A stretch of 64,000 nucleotides of DNA from Planctomycetota bacterium (GTDB taxonomy: Bacteria > Planctomycetota > PLA2 > JAEUHO01): assembly GCA_965222115.1 (NCBI GenBank), contig CBDCTJ010000007.1:992001-1056000 (forward strand), in the 5' to 3' direction. The position numbers and the translations under genes are program-made. This document shows positions 18,377 to 28,153 of the stretch, one piece after another (the stretch's first letter is position 1; each line of letters begins with the position of its first letter). The notes beneath the pieces are model-generated. The model was given only the letters and a program-made list of their open reading frames with translations. It searched no databases and had not been told where the DNA came from.

Positions 18377-21076
18377 GTGACGACTTCACACCATCGACTG
18401 TTTGAGCCTGTCGTTTTGTTGGATGGCAGCAGTGCCCTGTGGCGGATTGCTACCCGCGACGATGGGCGCGATCTCGCGACATTTTTCGTAGTGCTTCAGG
18501 AAGAGGCAGGGGACACGCCGACCTGCTTTCCTCGCTGGATAAAGGAAGACGTCGACGCGGCATCGCGCGTGATAACTCACATCATCGCGAAAGGGGTGGC
18601 GGGGGAGCAGGAAGTGATCGCCGCAGGTGCCTGGCGTGTCGCGAGCGCAGATGAGGCGGAAATCACGCTCGCCGTGCACCCTGAGTTTCGCGGGCGAGGG
18701 CTTGCGCGCGTTTTGCTGCCGCGCTTGGCGCGAGACGCTGCATTCCAAGGAATTCGCCAGCTTGTCGCGGTGACGGATCGCAACAACGTTCCACTGATTC
18801 AGTTGCTGCGCGACAGCGGCTATGCCGTGGACGTGACTCTTGATGGGAATGGCGCTCCGGACGAAAGCGACGTGCGCATTGCGCTCGATGTGGCACCGGA
18901 CGACGAGGGCCGCGCCATGGCCGCGCTGCGCAAGCAAGTGGCGACTACCGCGTCGTTGCAGCCCCTCCTTCGCCCGTCGAGCGTTGCGGTCGTTGGCGCG
19001 TCTCGGGATCGGTCAAGCATCGGCTATCGCATCTTGGATGCGCTTGTGCACTGCGGGTTTCATGGGCCGGTGTATGCCGTGAACCCGAGTACGCCGGTGG
19101 TGGGATCGTTTCCAACGGTTCCCTCGCTGCGGGACCTGCCTCAGCCTGTCGACTTGGCAGTAGTCGTAGTGCCAGCGCGACACGTTTCGTCCGTGGTGAA
19201 GGACGCCGCCGCCTCAGGCGTGCGTGGACTCGTTGTGATCACCGCGGGCTTTGCCGAAGTGGGCCCTGATGGTCATAGGGCCCAGATGGAGCTTATGCAC
19301 TACGTGCGCGGACACGGGATGCGCATGATTGGCCCCAACTGCATGGGTCTGCTCAACACCGATCCCGCGATCTCAATGAATGCGTCGTTTTCGCCGGTGT
19401 TCCCGCCGCAGGGTTCGGTCGCGATGCTCTCGCAGAGTGGTGCGCTGGGTCTCGCCATTTTGACGTTCGCGTCCACGCTCGGTGTGGGGCTCTCATCGTT
19501 CGTGAGCATTGGCAATAAGGCCGACGTGTCGAGCAACGATTTGCTTGAGTATTGGGAAGCCGATCCAGCCACCGACGTCATTTTGCTCTACTTGGAATCG
19601 TTTGGAAATCCGCGACGCTTTGCACCCATTGCGCGCCGTGTGTCGCGTACGAAACCGATTGTGGCCGTGAAGGGCGGGCGTTCGGTGGCAGGTGAACGTG
19701 CGGCTGGGTCACACACCGCGGCGCTTGTGGGTGCCGACGTTGCGGTCGATGCACTCTTTCGGCAGGCGGGTGTGATTCGTGTGGACACGCTAGAAGAGAT
19801 GTTTCACGTTGGGTTGTTGCTTAGCAATCAGCCGTTGCCCCTTGGACGACGTGTCGGTGTTATCACCAACGCAGGCGGCCCGGCTATTTTGGCGGCGGAT
19901 GCGCTTGCGGCGTGGGGATTGGATGTTCCCGAGCTATCCGATGCGATGCAGTCCAAGTTGGCGGCGTTTCTTCCCCCCGAAGCCAGCACAAAGAACCCGG
20001 TGGACATGATTGCGTCGGCCACGCCCGATGCGTTTCGTCAGGCGGCGGCGTTGCTCTTGGCAACGGAAGAGATCGACGCGCTGATCGTGATCGACATTCC
20101 ACTCGACGCCTCGGGATGGGAAGCCATTGAACCGGAGCTGTTGCGCGGCATCGATGCCGGGCGTGCGGCCTCCCCGATCGCCAAGCCCGTGCTGGCCTAT
20201 GTCATGAGTGGCGGCGGATCTTCGCAGCCGCGACTCATTGCTGGCAACATTCCCGCGTTTCCCTTTCCGGAGTCGGCCGCCAAGGCGTTGGGCCATGCGG
20301 TGTCCTATGCAGAGTGGCGTCGTCGTCCCCTCAGTGCGCCGGATGAGACAACGTCGTTTGATGCCGCATCCATACGCGCATGGTGTCAGTCGTGGCTGGA
20401 ACGCTACGGCGACGGATGGCTACCGCTTGACGCGGCGTTTGCGCTGTTGGCGTTGGCCGGACTCCCCATTGCGACCGGCGCCCGTGCAACAACAGCGGAC
20501 GAAGCGGAGCAGGCCGCACGCTCCATGCCGTCGTGCGTTGCGATGAAAGCAATTTCACCTGGTGCCCTCCATAAGAGTGACGAGGGTGGCGTACAGCTAA
20601 GACTTGAGACAACAGAAGAGGTCCGGCGCGCGTTCACCGAAATGCAGCGGGCGTATCCAGATTTAGAATCCGTGTGGATTCAGCCCATGGTGGATGACGC
20701 GCTTGAAGTACTTGTGGGCATGACGGAAGACCACGTCTTTGGTCCGCTCATCGCGTTCGGATTGGGCGGCATCCACGTTGAGGCGCTCGGTGATGTCGCG
20801 TTTCGCATAACGCCGCTCGAAGTTACCGATGCCCAAGCCATGTTGAAGGACATTCGCGCGCACGCGCTGCTCGAAGGGCATCGCGGTCGTCCGCCTGTGG
20901 ATCGAGAAGCCTTGGTGACGGTGTTGCTCAGCGTGGCGCGTTTGGTAGAAGACGTGCCGGCGATTGCGGAGATGGATCTCAATCCGGTGATGGCCTTGCC
21001 TCAGGGCTGCATTGTCGTGGACGCCCGCATACGCCTAGCCACGCCACAGGTCGGCCGTTCCCCCGCGCGCTTGTAG
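18377..21076 (+). CDS. GNAT acetyltransferase fused to NDP-forming acyl-CoA synthetase (Pat/Pka-like, GNAT N-terminal)
   Basis: VHPEFRGRGLA, VAVVGAS, GPNCMG, SQSGA, GNKADV, AAGSHT, NPVD, HKSDEGGV, DLNP. Start uncertain. Confidence 0.9.
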   Translation: MTTSHHRLFEPVVLLDGSSALWRIATRDDGRDLATFFVVLQEEAGDTPTCFPRWIKEDVDAASRVITHIIAKGVAGEQEVIAAGAWRVASADEAEITLAVHPEFRGRGLARVLLPRLARDAAFQGIRQLVAVTDRNNVPLIQLLRDSGYAVDVTLDGNGAPDESDVRIALDVAPDDEGRAMAALRKQVATTASLQPLLRPSSVAVVGASRDRSSIGYRILDALVHCGFHGPVYAVNPSTPVVGSFPTVPSLRDLPQPVDLAVVVVPARHVSSVVKDAAASGVRGLVVITAGFAEVGPDGHRAQMELMHYVRGHGMRMIGPNCMGLLNTDPAISMNASFSPVFPPQGSVAMLSQSGALGLAILTFASTLGVGLSSFVSIGNKADVSSNDLLEYWEADPATDVILLYLESFGNPRRFAPIARRVSRTKPIVAVKGGRSVAGERAAGSHTAALVGADVAVDALFRQAGVIRVDTLEEMFHVGLLLSNQPLPLGRRVGVITNAGGPAILAADALAAWGLDVPELSDAMQSKLAAFLPPEASTKNPVDMIASATPDAFRQAAALLLATEEIDALIVIDIPLDASGWEAIEPELLRGIDAGRAASPIAKPVLAYVMSGGGSSQPRLIAGNIPAFPFPESAAKALGHAVSYAEWRRRPLSAPDETTSFDAASIRAWCQSWLERYGDGWLPLDAAFALLALAGLPIATGARATTADEAEQAARSMPSCVAMKAISPGALHKSDEGGVQLRLETTEEVRRAFTEMQRAYPDLESVWIQPMVDDALEVLVGMTEDHVFGPLIAFGLGGIHVEALGDVAFRITPLEVTDAQAMLKDIRAHALLEGHRGRPPVDREALVTVLLSVARLVEDVPAIAEMDLNPVMALPQGCIVVDARIRLATPQVGRSPARL

Positions 21077-21085
21077 GCGCCCGTG

Positions 21086-22750
21086 TTACGTCGTGGGACT
21101 TAATTCGCTTCCAAGATCGATTGGCCGCGCGATGGGCATGCGCCAACCCACGCCAAAGGCACGTCGCGTCACCTTCAAGCCCGGTGCAAGTTGACGGCGT
21201 TTGTATTCATTGCGATCGATGAGCTTGAGAATGCGAATGACGCGCCCGCGATCGTGGCCCATGGCGATGATCTCTTCGGCGCTCTTGCCCTGTTCGATGC
21301 GCGCCTTGAGTAGAGGATCCAACTCGGCGTAGGGCGGAAGGCTGTCGGAGTCCTGTTGGCCGGGGCGAAGCTCGGCGGAGGGCGGGCGTTCAATAATGCG
21401 CGCGGGCATCACGCCTTCGTCCATGTAGAGCCGCGAAATGTCGTAAACCTCGGTCTTCCACACGTCGGACAGCACCGCGAGGCCGCCGTTCATGTCGCCG
21501 TAAAGCGTGCAGTAGCCCACCGCGACTTCACTCTTGTTGCCCGTCGTGAGCACGAGGTGACCGAACTTGTTGGAGAGCGCCATCAGAATCAGTCCGCGCG
21601 TGCGCGCTTGGATATTCTCCTCGGTCACGTCAAACGGCTTGCCTCCGAAATGTGGCTCAAGCATCTTTAGAAATGTGTCGTAGGCGGGTTCGATGGGAAT
21701 CGTCGAGAAGCGAATGCCCAGGTTGCCAGCGAGCGTTTCGGCATCCGTGCGGCTCATCTCCAAGTTGAACGCGCTGGGCATAGCAATCGCCCACACGTTT
21801 TCTGGTCCTAGGGCTTCGGCAGCCAAGCATGCCGTGAGGGCAGAATCCACACCGCCGGATAGACCCAACAAGACTTGCTTCAGGCCGGTCTTGCTTGAGT
21901 AGTCCGCGATGCCCATGGTGAGCGCACGTCGCACGTCGTGGGCGTCATCCAACTCGGGCAGCGGTTCGAGGGCGTCCGGAAGATTGTTGAGGTCCACCGT
22001 GCCGTCGGCGGATTCGAATCCGGGAAGCCGTAGGCGCTCGTTACCGGCTTGATCGAACACGCGGCTGCGTCCATCAAAGAGCACATCGTCGTTGGCACCC
22101 ACTTGATGAACGCAAACAAGAACGGCACCCATGCGTTTGGCTTCGTTTGCAAAGAGCGCCGTTCGGTGAACGTCTTTGCCGCCATGAAACGGCGACGCCG
22201 AGAGGCCCACCACCACATCGACACCGCGCTCGGCCAACTGGGCGGACGGATCCGCGCCGTAGCGCTCGCGGCCATAGACCAAGTCGCGATGCCATAAGTC
22301 CTCGCATACAAGCAGACCAATGCGACGGCCCTTGTAGGTCACCACGACACTCGATTCGCCGGGTGCGAAGTAGCGCCGCTCGTCAAATACGTCGTAGGTG
22401 GGCAGGAGTTGCTTGGCGTAGGTCGCTTGAATCTTGCCATCGGCCATGAACACGGCCGCATTGCTGAGCGGCGCACCATGCGGTCGGGGATTGCGAGTTA
22501 CGGTCCCGACGATGGCGGCGGGTCCGTTACGAAATGACTCAGCGAGGGAGACCGTTGCCGCTTCGGCGTGGCGCACCACGGCATCGCGCAAGAGCAAGTC
22601 GCGCGGCGGGTATCCGAGCACGGCCAGCTCCGGAAAGCAGACGAGATCGGCGCCGCGCTCCGCTGCGCGCGTCCAGGCCGAGCGAATCAACGCGATATTG
22701 CCGGGAATGTCGCCGGCAATGGGATTGATTTGGGCCAGGGCGATTTTCAA
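21086..22750 (-). CDS. nadE: Glutamine-dependent NAD+ synthetase
   Basis: Nitrilase domain (FPEL, K..LPTYDVFDE, CEDLW) plus GLSGGVDSA, ENIQAR, TGNKSE, YCTLYGD, PPSAEL. Confidence 0.97.
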   Translation of the reverse strand: MKIALAQINPIAGDIPGNIALIRSAWTRAAERGADLVCFPELAVLGYPPRDLLLRDAVVRHAEAATVSLAESFRNGPAAIVGTVTRNPRPHGAPLSNAAVFMADGKIQATYAKQLLPTYDVFDERRYFAPGESSVVVTYKGRRIGLLVCEDLWHRDLVYGRERYGADPSAQLAERGVDVVVGLSASPFHGGKDVHRTALFANEAKRMGAVLVCVHQVGANDDVLFDGRSRVFDQAGNERLRLPGFESADGTVDLNNLPDALEPLPELDDAHDVRRALTMGIADYSSKTGLKQVLLGLSGGVDSALTACLAAEALGPENVWAIAMPSAFNLEMSRTDAETLAGNLGIRFSTIPIEPAYDTFLKMLEPHFGGKPFDVTEENIQARTRGLILMALSNKFGHLVLTTGNKSEVAVGYCTLYGDMNGGLAVLSDVWKTEVYDISRLYMDEGVMPARIIERPPSAELRPGQQDSDSLPPYAELDPLLKARIEQGKSAEEIIAMGHDRGRVIRILKLIDRNEYKRRQLAPGLKVTRRAFGVGWRMPIARPIDLGSELSPTT

Positions 22751-22922
22751 TCCGTTTCCTTTCGAGGAGGGCGACCAGCGAAAGTGTAGCCGTGACCGAG
22801 CAGCATGGGCGTTTGGGTTCGATCCGGAGGCGGAAAGTGAGGACGCCGTTGACGATGCCTATGAAATCTGTATAGCTGGGGCTGTGACGGGCGCAACGCG
22901 CGCGTTGCGTGGAGGTTGGTCG

Positions 22923-24002
22923 ATGCCCGCGTGGCCCCTAGACGACATTCCCAATGAAGTCAGCCCCAATGAAGTCAGCATTCCCCATGAAGTCAAGCCC
23001 GTGGGTGAGGTCACTAGGGCCTATCGTGTCGAGTTTGTGACGCTGGACCCCGATGCACGGATACATGCTCTTGCGCATCATGCAATCGCATTGAGCACGA
23101 TGGCTGTAGGAGCCGACGCGAACGTGTTGGTGCCGTTTGAAACTACGGCAGACATGCCAACACGTCCCATGACGTTTGAGCCCGGCGTCGAACCGTTGCC
23201 GCTGTGGATCGTGGATGTTCCCCGTGATGCATTGGGAACTACACGCACCGTGGGGGCCGCAATGGCCGCGTCCAACGTTCCGTCCAACCGGAGTCCGTAT
23301 GGGTTGGGTATTACGGTCGCGGTGCCGATAGAGCTCGTGCCACCTGTCGATGTGCCGCCTACCGATTTTCCGCGAGACGATTTGTCGCAGGAAGATTTGA
23401 ATTCAAGCGGCGTGCCTCCATCCTGCGCGCCCACAGGTCTCTTCGGCGACCCGTTTGCCCTGTTGCGCGCCATATTCGGTTCATCCTCTGATGAATCTAG
23501 CGACGACTCCGGGAAGCAAGACGCACCCGTTGAAAACGAACCGGTCAAAGAGGCGGCGCCGTTCGAAGACGTTCCTGTTGCTGGCGATGAGGACGGTGGC
23601 GAAGACTTTGATTTGTACAAGCCATGGGGCTCGTACAACCCGTGGGATAACAACGACGAGATCTTCGATGAAGATGAATACGACGTCTTTGTTGAGGAGG
23701 GCGACGATAGCGATGCGTACGACGTCTATGTTGATGGCGACGAGGATATCTTTGGTGCGGACAAAGATCTAGACGGCGACGATGATGAAGATGTTGATGG
23801 GGAAGACCATCAAAACGACGAAGATGAAGATATGAGCGATTTTGGCGACGACTACGCGCTGATCGATGATGTGGACGACGAGATTAATGACAATTACGAT
23901 GACCTAGGGGCCGGTATAGGCCATCCCGACACCACGCTGGACGACTACGCCGATCCGGATGAGTCGCCGGACAGCGACTGGGACGCTAGCGAGTACGAAT
24001 AG
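22923..24002 (+). CDS. Hypothetical protein with a very acidic Asp/Glu-rich C-terminal half
   Basis: GGAGG at 22911 before ATG 22923; the last ~150 aa are dominated by D/E with scattered Y/F/W. Confidence 0.75.
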   Translation: MPAWPLDDIPNEVSPNEVSIPHEVKPVGEVTRAYRVEFVTLDPDARIHALAHHAIALSTMAVGADANVLVPFETTADMPTRPMTFEPGVEPLPLWIVDVPRDALGTTRTVGAAMAASNVPSNRSPYGLGITVAVPIELVPPVDVPPTDFPRDDLSQEDLNSSGVPPSCAPTGLFGDPFALLRAIFGSSSDESSDDSGKQDAPVENEPVKEAAPFEDVPVAGDEDGGEDFDLYKPWGSYNPWDNNDEIFDEDEYDVFVEEGDDSDAYDVYVDGDEDIFGADKDLDGDDDEDVDGEDHQNDEDEDMSDFGDDYALIDDVDDEINDNYDDLGAGIGHPDTTLDDYADPDESPDSDWDASEYE

Positions 24003-24100
24003 GCTCGATTCGAATGGGTATCGCTAGCAATAGGTGAGTGCAGCGAGGGTGGGGCTGGTTTTGCAACAGGCGAGATTGAAGAACCCGTCTTGTGGACTTG

Positions 24101-25360
24101 TTAGTCTTCGTCAGTGTTCTTTGATGTGAGGGACTTACCGTCGACGAGTTGAAGTAAGGCGTCGCCGTAGAGGCGGATGCGTTTGGGGCCAATGTCGGGG
24201 CACGATTCGAGGTCGCCTACGTGCTCGGGGTGTTCATCGAAGAGCCATTGAATGGCTGCGTTGGGGAGAATGACCCGCGGGATGACGCCTCGCTCAGCAC
24301 TCTGTTCCTTGCGCCAATCGCGAAGTCGCTGTTCGAAGTCTTTGAGAAGCTTGCGTTTGACGGGATCTATGGGTGGGCCATCGCGTGGGGCTTTTGCTGG
24401 TGGAATGTCACCAGCGTTGAAGTCTTTCTCCGCATTGCTCAGTACGCGTTCGATTATTTGGCGCCAGCGCGAACGCAGTTTGGGGGAGAGCCCGCGCCGT
24501 ATGGCCTCTGACTTGGACGTGTGATCCACGCCGCGCGCGACGGCAATCATGACCTGCGGTGGAAACACCTTGAACGTGGGACGGTTGCGCCGCTCGGCTT
24601 CGGATTCGCGCCAATGAAAGAGGGCGCGTAGTGCGCAGCGGCCCTTGTCCTTGAGATCGCGTGCGCCTTTGATGCGACGCCAGCCTTCGGGATGCACGGT
24701 AACCACACGATTGACGCGCTGAGCCTGTCGCGCGAACTCAATCTGCGCCTCCTCAACAAGATCAGCATCAACGAGGGCCTGGTCGTAGTGCTCGCGGAGC
24801 GCCGGCAGGTAGATCGTGTCGCGTTGCAGGTAGAGTCGCGCCGCGGGATCCACGGGGCGCGCGGTCCAGTCGGCCTTTTGAAATCGTTTGTCGAGTACGG
24901 CGCCAAAGTGCCGCTCCACCAACGCGGCGAGGCCCACACCCTCTTCGCCCAAGATCGTTGCGGCGAGCATCGTGTCGAAAATTTTGTGAAACGGAAACCC
25001 GTGATCGCGCCGAAGCATGGACACGTCGTAGTCGCCGCCATGAAGAATGATCTCTACGTCGTCGCGATCAAGCGCGTCCGCAAGCGGTGCCAGTGAATCC
25101 AGCGCATCCACATCAATAATGATGTCGGCCTCGGGAATCGTGATTTGGATGATGCAAATGCGATCCCGGTAGGTGTGGAGCGAGCTCCCCTCCGAATCAA
25201 GCGCCACCCGCGACGCGCGACCGATCAACCTCGCGACGTCCTCCATCCCCTTCGCCGAGTCCACCCATCGAGCGCGCCGTCGGGGCGGCGCGGACAAGCG
25301 CGGCGCCGCCTCCGTCGTTCGATCGTCGCGCGGCGGAATGTCAACATCGGGTTCGGGCAT
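24101..25360 (-). CDS. rnd: Ribonuclease D (DEDDy exonuclease plus two HRDC domains)
   Basis: ALDSE, ILHGGDYD, FDTMLAA, QKADW..RP, Y...D; WRE..A..RNRP and GPKR..YG HRDC motifs. Confidence 0.9.
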   Translation of the reverse strand: MPEPDVDIPPRDDRTTEAAPRLSAPPRRRARWVDSAKGMEDVARLIGRASRVALDSEGSSLHTYRDRICIIQITIPEADIIIDVDALDSLAPLADALDRDDVEIILHGGDYDVSMLRRDHGFPFHKIFDTMLAATILGEEGVGLAALVERHFGAVLDKRFQKADWTARPVDPAARLYLQRDTIYLPALREHYDQALVDADLVEEAQIEFARQAQRVNRVVTVHPEGWRRIKGARDLKDKGRCALRALFHWRESEAERRNRPTFKVFPPQVMIAVARGVDHTSKSEAIRRGLSPKLRSRWRQIIERVLSNAEKDFNAGDIPPAKAPRDGPPIDPVKRKLLKDFEQRLRDWRKEQSAERGVIPRVILPNAAIQWLFDEHPEHVGDLESCPDIGPKRIRLYGDALLQLVDGKSLTSKNTDED

Positions 25361-25465
25361 AGAGCTTCGTATACCACCGCCATGAACCCCGTGCGTCATG
25401 CGCGGGCTGTGTTTGGGGAAGTTGTTGGGGTGATCCGCAACCTTGCGTTCTTTTTGGGGGAATCC

Positions 25466-25756
25466 TATTACCAGGGTTCGGAAGCCTCACCCTTCGCTAT
25501 CAACTTCCATGCCTTCGGCATGGTCTTGAGTTTCCAATACGTGTGGCGGTTCGAAGAAGAGCCATCCTTCCCGGCGAAGCATGCGTTGATAGTCAGTGCT
25601 CGGCCATGCACGCGTTCTTCGTGTAGACATGCCCTGGTCCCGAAGGGACACACGCTGATAGCCCCGGGGGGCTCGAGTTGAAGTAGATTCGAGAGCGCAG
25701 CGAGATGAAACCCTGGGTCTAAGCATGGAGTAAAGGATTGCGCCCTGCAAGGGTGC
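25466..25756. repeat. Inverted pair of REP-like hairpin modules
   Basis: CCAGGGT...ACCCT and CCATGCCttcGGCATGG (25507-25523), facing GTCCCgaaGGGAC (25637-25649), CCCCGGGG...ACCCTGGG and GCGCCCTgcaAGGGTGC (25740-25756). Confidence 0.7.
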
Positions 25757-25796
25757 GATCGGGCCGTCCCATCGCCGCGTTGAAATCTTGTTCCCG

Positions 25797-25825
25797 TTAC
25801 CAAAACCCACTTCGCGCGTTATAGT
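25797..25825 (+). promoter_or_regulatory. Putative sigma70 promoter of the Uma2 gene
   Basis: TTACCA-N17-TATAGT directly before ATG codons at 25829, 25835 and 25844. Confidence 0.45.
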
Positions 25826-25828
25826 GGT

Positions 25829-26344
25829 ATGGACATGACTTCCATGATGACCCGCCGCGATTACGAATTGCTCCCCGAGGGCACGCAAGTCGAACTCTGC
25901 GACGGCGTGCTCGTAAAGCAACCGTCGCCGCGATTCGGCCACCAACGCGTGCAGCGCGAGATTTTGAAGCAGCTTTTCCAGCTTCCAGATCCGCTATTCG
26001 CCGTACCGGGTCCCCTCGACGTACTCATAGACGAGATCAATGTGTTCGTGCCCGACATTGTCGTGCTCGATACAATGCCCAAAGACGATGACCCGTATGT
26101 TGGAGTGCCTATCGCGGTGTTCGAGATCCTCTCGCCATCAACGCGAGAGCGCGATCGAAACTACAAAGCTAGGCGGCTGCTTGGATTGGGCGTCGAGGAG
26201 GTCTGGCTCGTCGATCCCCTTAGCTGCACGATTGATGTGGTCAGCGTGAACGAAGTCCGTGCCTTTGAAGGCGATTCCCCGGCGCGATCCGATGTCATGC
26301 CGGATTTTTCGTTGGTGCCTGCTCAACTCTTCATGACCACGTGA
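25829..26344 (+). CDS. Uma2 family PD-(D/E)XK endonuclease
   Basis: ELCDG...PSP..HQ, VPDIVV, FEILSPST..RD..K, GVEEVWLVDP. Confidence 0.92.
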   Translation: MDMTSMMTRRDYELLPEGTQVELCDGVLVKQPSPRFGHQRVQREILKQLFQLPDPLFAVPGPLDVLIDEINVFVPDIVVLDTMPKDDDPYVGVPIAVFEILSPSTRERDRNYKARRLLGLGVEEVWLVDPLSCTIDVVSVNEVRAFEGDSPARSDVMPDFSLVPAQLFMTT

Positions 26345-26412
26345 TCGCTAGCAGCCAGGGAAGCAGTCCTTTTCAACGCCAGTAGAAGATCGCGACACGG
26401 TAGACTCAGCTC

Positions 26413-26970
26413 ATGACTGTGTCGGCGTCGATATCCAAGGATGTTCATGTGCAGGGTGGAGACACCGGGGCTCGAGACACCGGGGCTCGAGACACCGGGG
26501 CTCAGGGTGTAGACGTGTTTGAAGTGCCCTTTCGCGTAACGGTGTTCCACAAGATCTGGAGCGTGTTCGCGGTGGTGGGGTTGATCTTCTCCGTTCACGC
26601 TGGATCGGTGCGAACCCATCGTCTCGGGGCGGTCTACTTTTGGGTCGATGCTGTGCTGACGGTGGCCGCGTTTGGGCTTCCTATCATCTATGTAATGCTC
26701 ACCAGGTTGCGCCCGGCTGCGATCGTTACACCCACGGCGATCGGGTACCTGCGAAATGCGTTTTCCGCGCGCGTTTGGATAGCCAAAGAGGACATTGCCC
26801 GCGCCTACTACGACGGCTTTTGGATCTCACTTATTCGCGCCGAGGGCGCCGAGAGCATCGACATTCCGGGCGCCTCTCCCGATTGCCAGCGACTGTTGGA
26901 CGAACTCAACCGAGTGGGCGAGTCGGCCATCGATTTGCGTTCTGTAGCTCCCGAGGGTTGGGCCACATAG
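26413..26970 (+). CDS. Hypothetical membrane protein (2 TM, possible bacterial PH-like C-terminus)
   Basis: Two hydrophobic helices; TAGACT-N6-ATG start; N-terminal DTGAR repeats. Confidence 0.65.
   Translation: MTVSASISKDVHVQGGDTGARDTGARDTGAQGVDVFEVPFRVTVFHKIWSVFAVVGLIFSVHAGSVRTHRLGAVYFWVDAVLTVAAFGLPIIYVMLTRLRPAAIVTPTAIGYLRNAFSARVWIAKEDIARAYYDGFWISLIRAEGAESIDIPGASPDCQRLLDELNRVGESAIDLRSVAPEGWAT
26459..26503. repeat. 3 x 15-bp perfect tandem repeat
   Basis: (GAGACACCGGGGCTC)x3, flanked by CAGGGTG on both sides. Confidence 0.95.
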
Positions 26971-27051
26971 CAATTCTGAAATTGTTTCGGCCTGCACGCA
27001 TCTTGAAGCAAGCCGAGCCCCAATTCCGACGGCTCGAGGAGATTTCGACCG

Positions 27052-28044
27052 ATGTACCACTCCGCCAAGTCCCTTCAGCGCGCGTTATCGCTTCTATGCC
27101 TCGCGGGTTTCGTGTTGGGTGCCATCGCCTGTGGCCAGACTCAGACCGCAGAGACCAAAGATGCGCTCATCGGGCATTGGATCGTGGATCCCGATGGCAA
27201 GGAGCACGACATCTTTCCCGTGGAGCTGGAGCTGCGGGACGACGGCAGTGCCAAAGTATTCGAGATTCGGCGAGATGGGACTCGAAACCTTGAGGATCAC
27301 GGCACCTGGAAGCGCAAGGACGGCCGTGACGTGGCGCTGATTGAGCTCGAGAGTGCGTTGAAGGAAAAACAACCGGCAACGTTTACCGCGCGCATAAGTG
27401 AGGGTCGCTTGATTTTTGAAATGAAGCAAGGGGGCCGCGCACAATCGATGCCCCTCGTGCCATTCGTGGACGCAAAGCGCCAGGGGCATGTAGAGCGAAT
27501 GAATGGTGCCAGCAAGTCCGAAGACGCAGCGATTGAGCGCGATGTTGCGGTGTCGATGGACAACATGAAGAATCTGATCACCTTGATGCTTGCGTCTACA
27601 GGAGCTGATGCAAAGAAGTGGCCCCGCTATGCAGGGAAGAACTTCATCCTTTGGCTTGTTGCGAAAGGAGTCATCGACCGGAACAACAAGGGACAACTGG
27701 CCAATCTCTTTAGTCCCGCCGATCCGAGTCGCAGCGCCGACAAGGTGCCCGAGGCGAAGTGGAAGCAAGTTACTGTTCGTGCTCTCAAAGGCGGTGAAGA
27801 CTTCGGTGACCTCACCTCGTACGCCGGGCGCATCAACGACAGGCCGCGCTTCCGCATTACGCCCGCACGAATCAAGGACCGGGCCATCATCTTGGTGGAT
27901 CCTCACTTCGCACCCCATGGCTTCGTTCTGGTAGGTCGCCTCGATGGCAGTGTCGAGAAGATGGCCGTTGAGGTCGAGCCCGGCATTCCATTCTTGGGTG
28001 AGGACGCCGACAACGAAGACCTCGGGGCCATCAGCGATCGGTAG
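27052..28044 (+). CDS. Hypothetical lipoprotein
   Basis: Signal peptide with lipobox GAIAC; beta-rich N-domain (LIGHW...GTWK). Confidence 0.75.
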   Translation: MYHSAKSLQRALSLLCLAGFVLGAIACGQTQTAETKDALIGHWIVDPDGKEHDIFPVELELRDDGSAKVFEIRRDGTRNLEDHGTWKRKDGRDVALIELESALKEKQPATFTARISEGRLIFEMKQGGRAQSMPLVPFVDAKRQGHVERMNGASKSEDAAIERDVAVSMDNMKNLITLMLASTGADAKKWPRYAGKNFILWLVAKGVIDRNNKGQLANLFSPADPSRSADKVPEAKWKQVTVRALKGGEDFGDLTSYAGRINDRPRFRITPARIKDRAIILVDPHFAPHGFVLVGRLDGSVEKMAVEVEPGIPFLGEDADNEDLGAISDR

Positions 28045-28153
28045 TCGCGCGACAGCGACGGTACGCTCGAGAACACCCGACTCCTAGCTGGCCCCATCGC
28101 CTTCCGTGGTGGATCCTGCCACCCGAACGCGTCAACATTCGCTAGGAGTCGTC

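Noticed and set aside
22434-22922. N-terminal extension of the acidic protein ORF
   Set aside because: It overlaps nadE antisense; the RBS supports a start at 22923.
26459-26503. CRISPR-like repeats
   Set aside because: The 15-bp units are contiguous with no spacers, and no cas genes are present.
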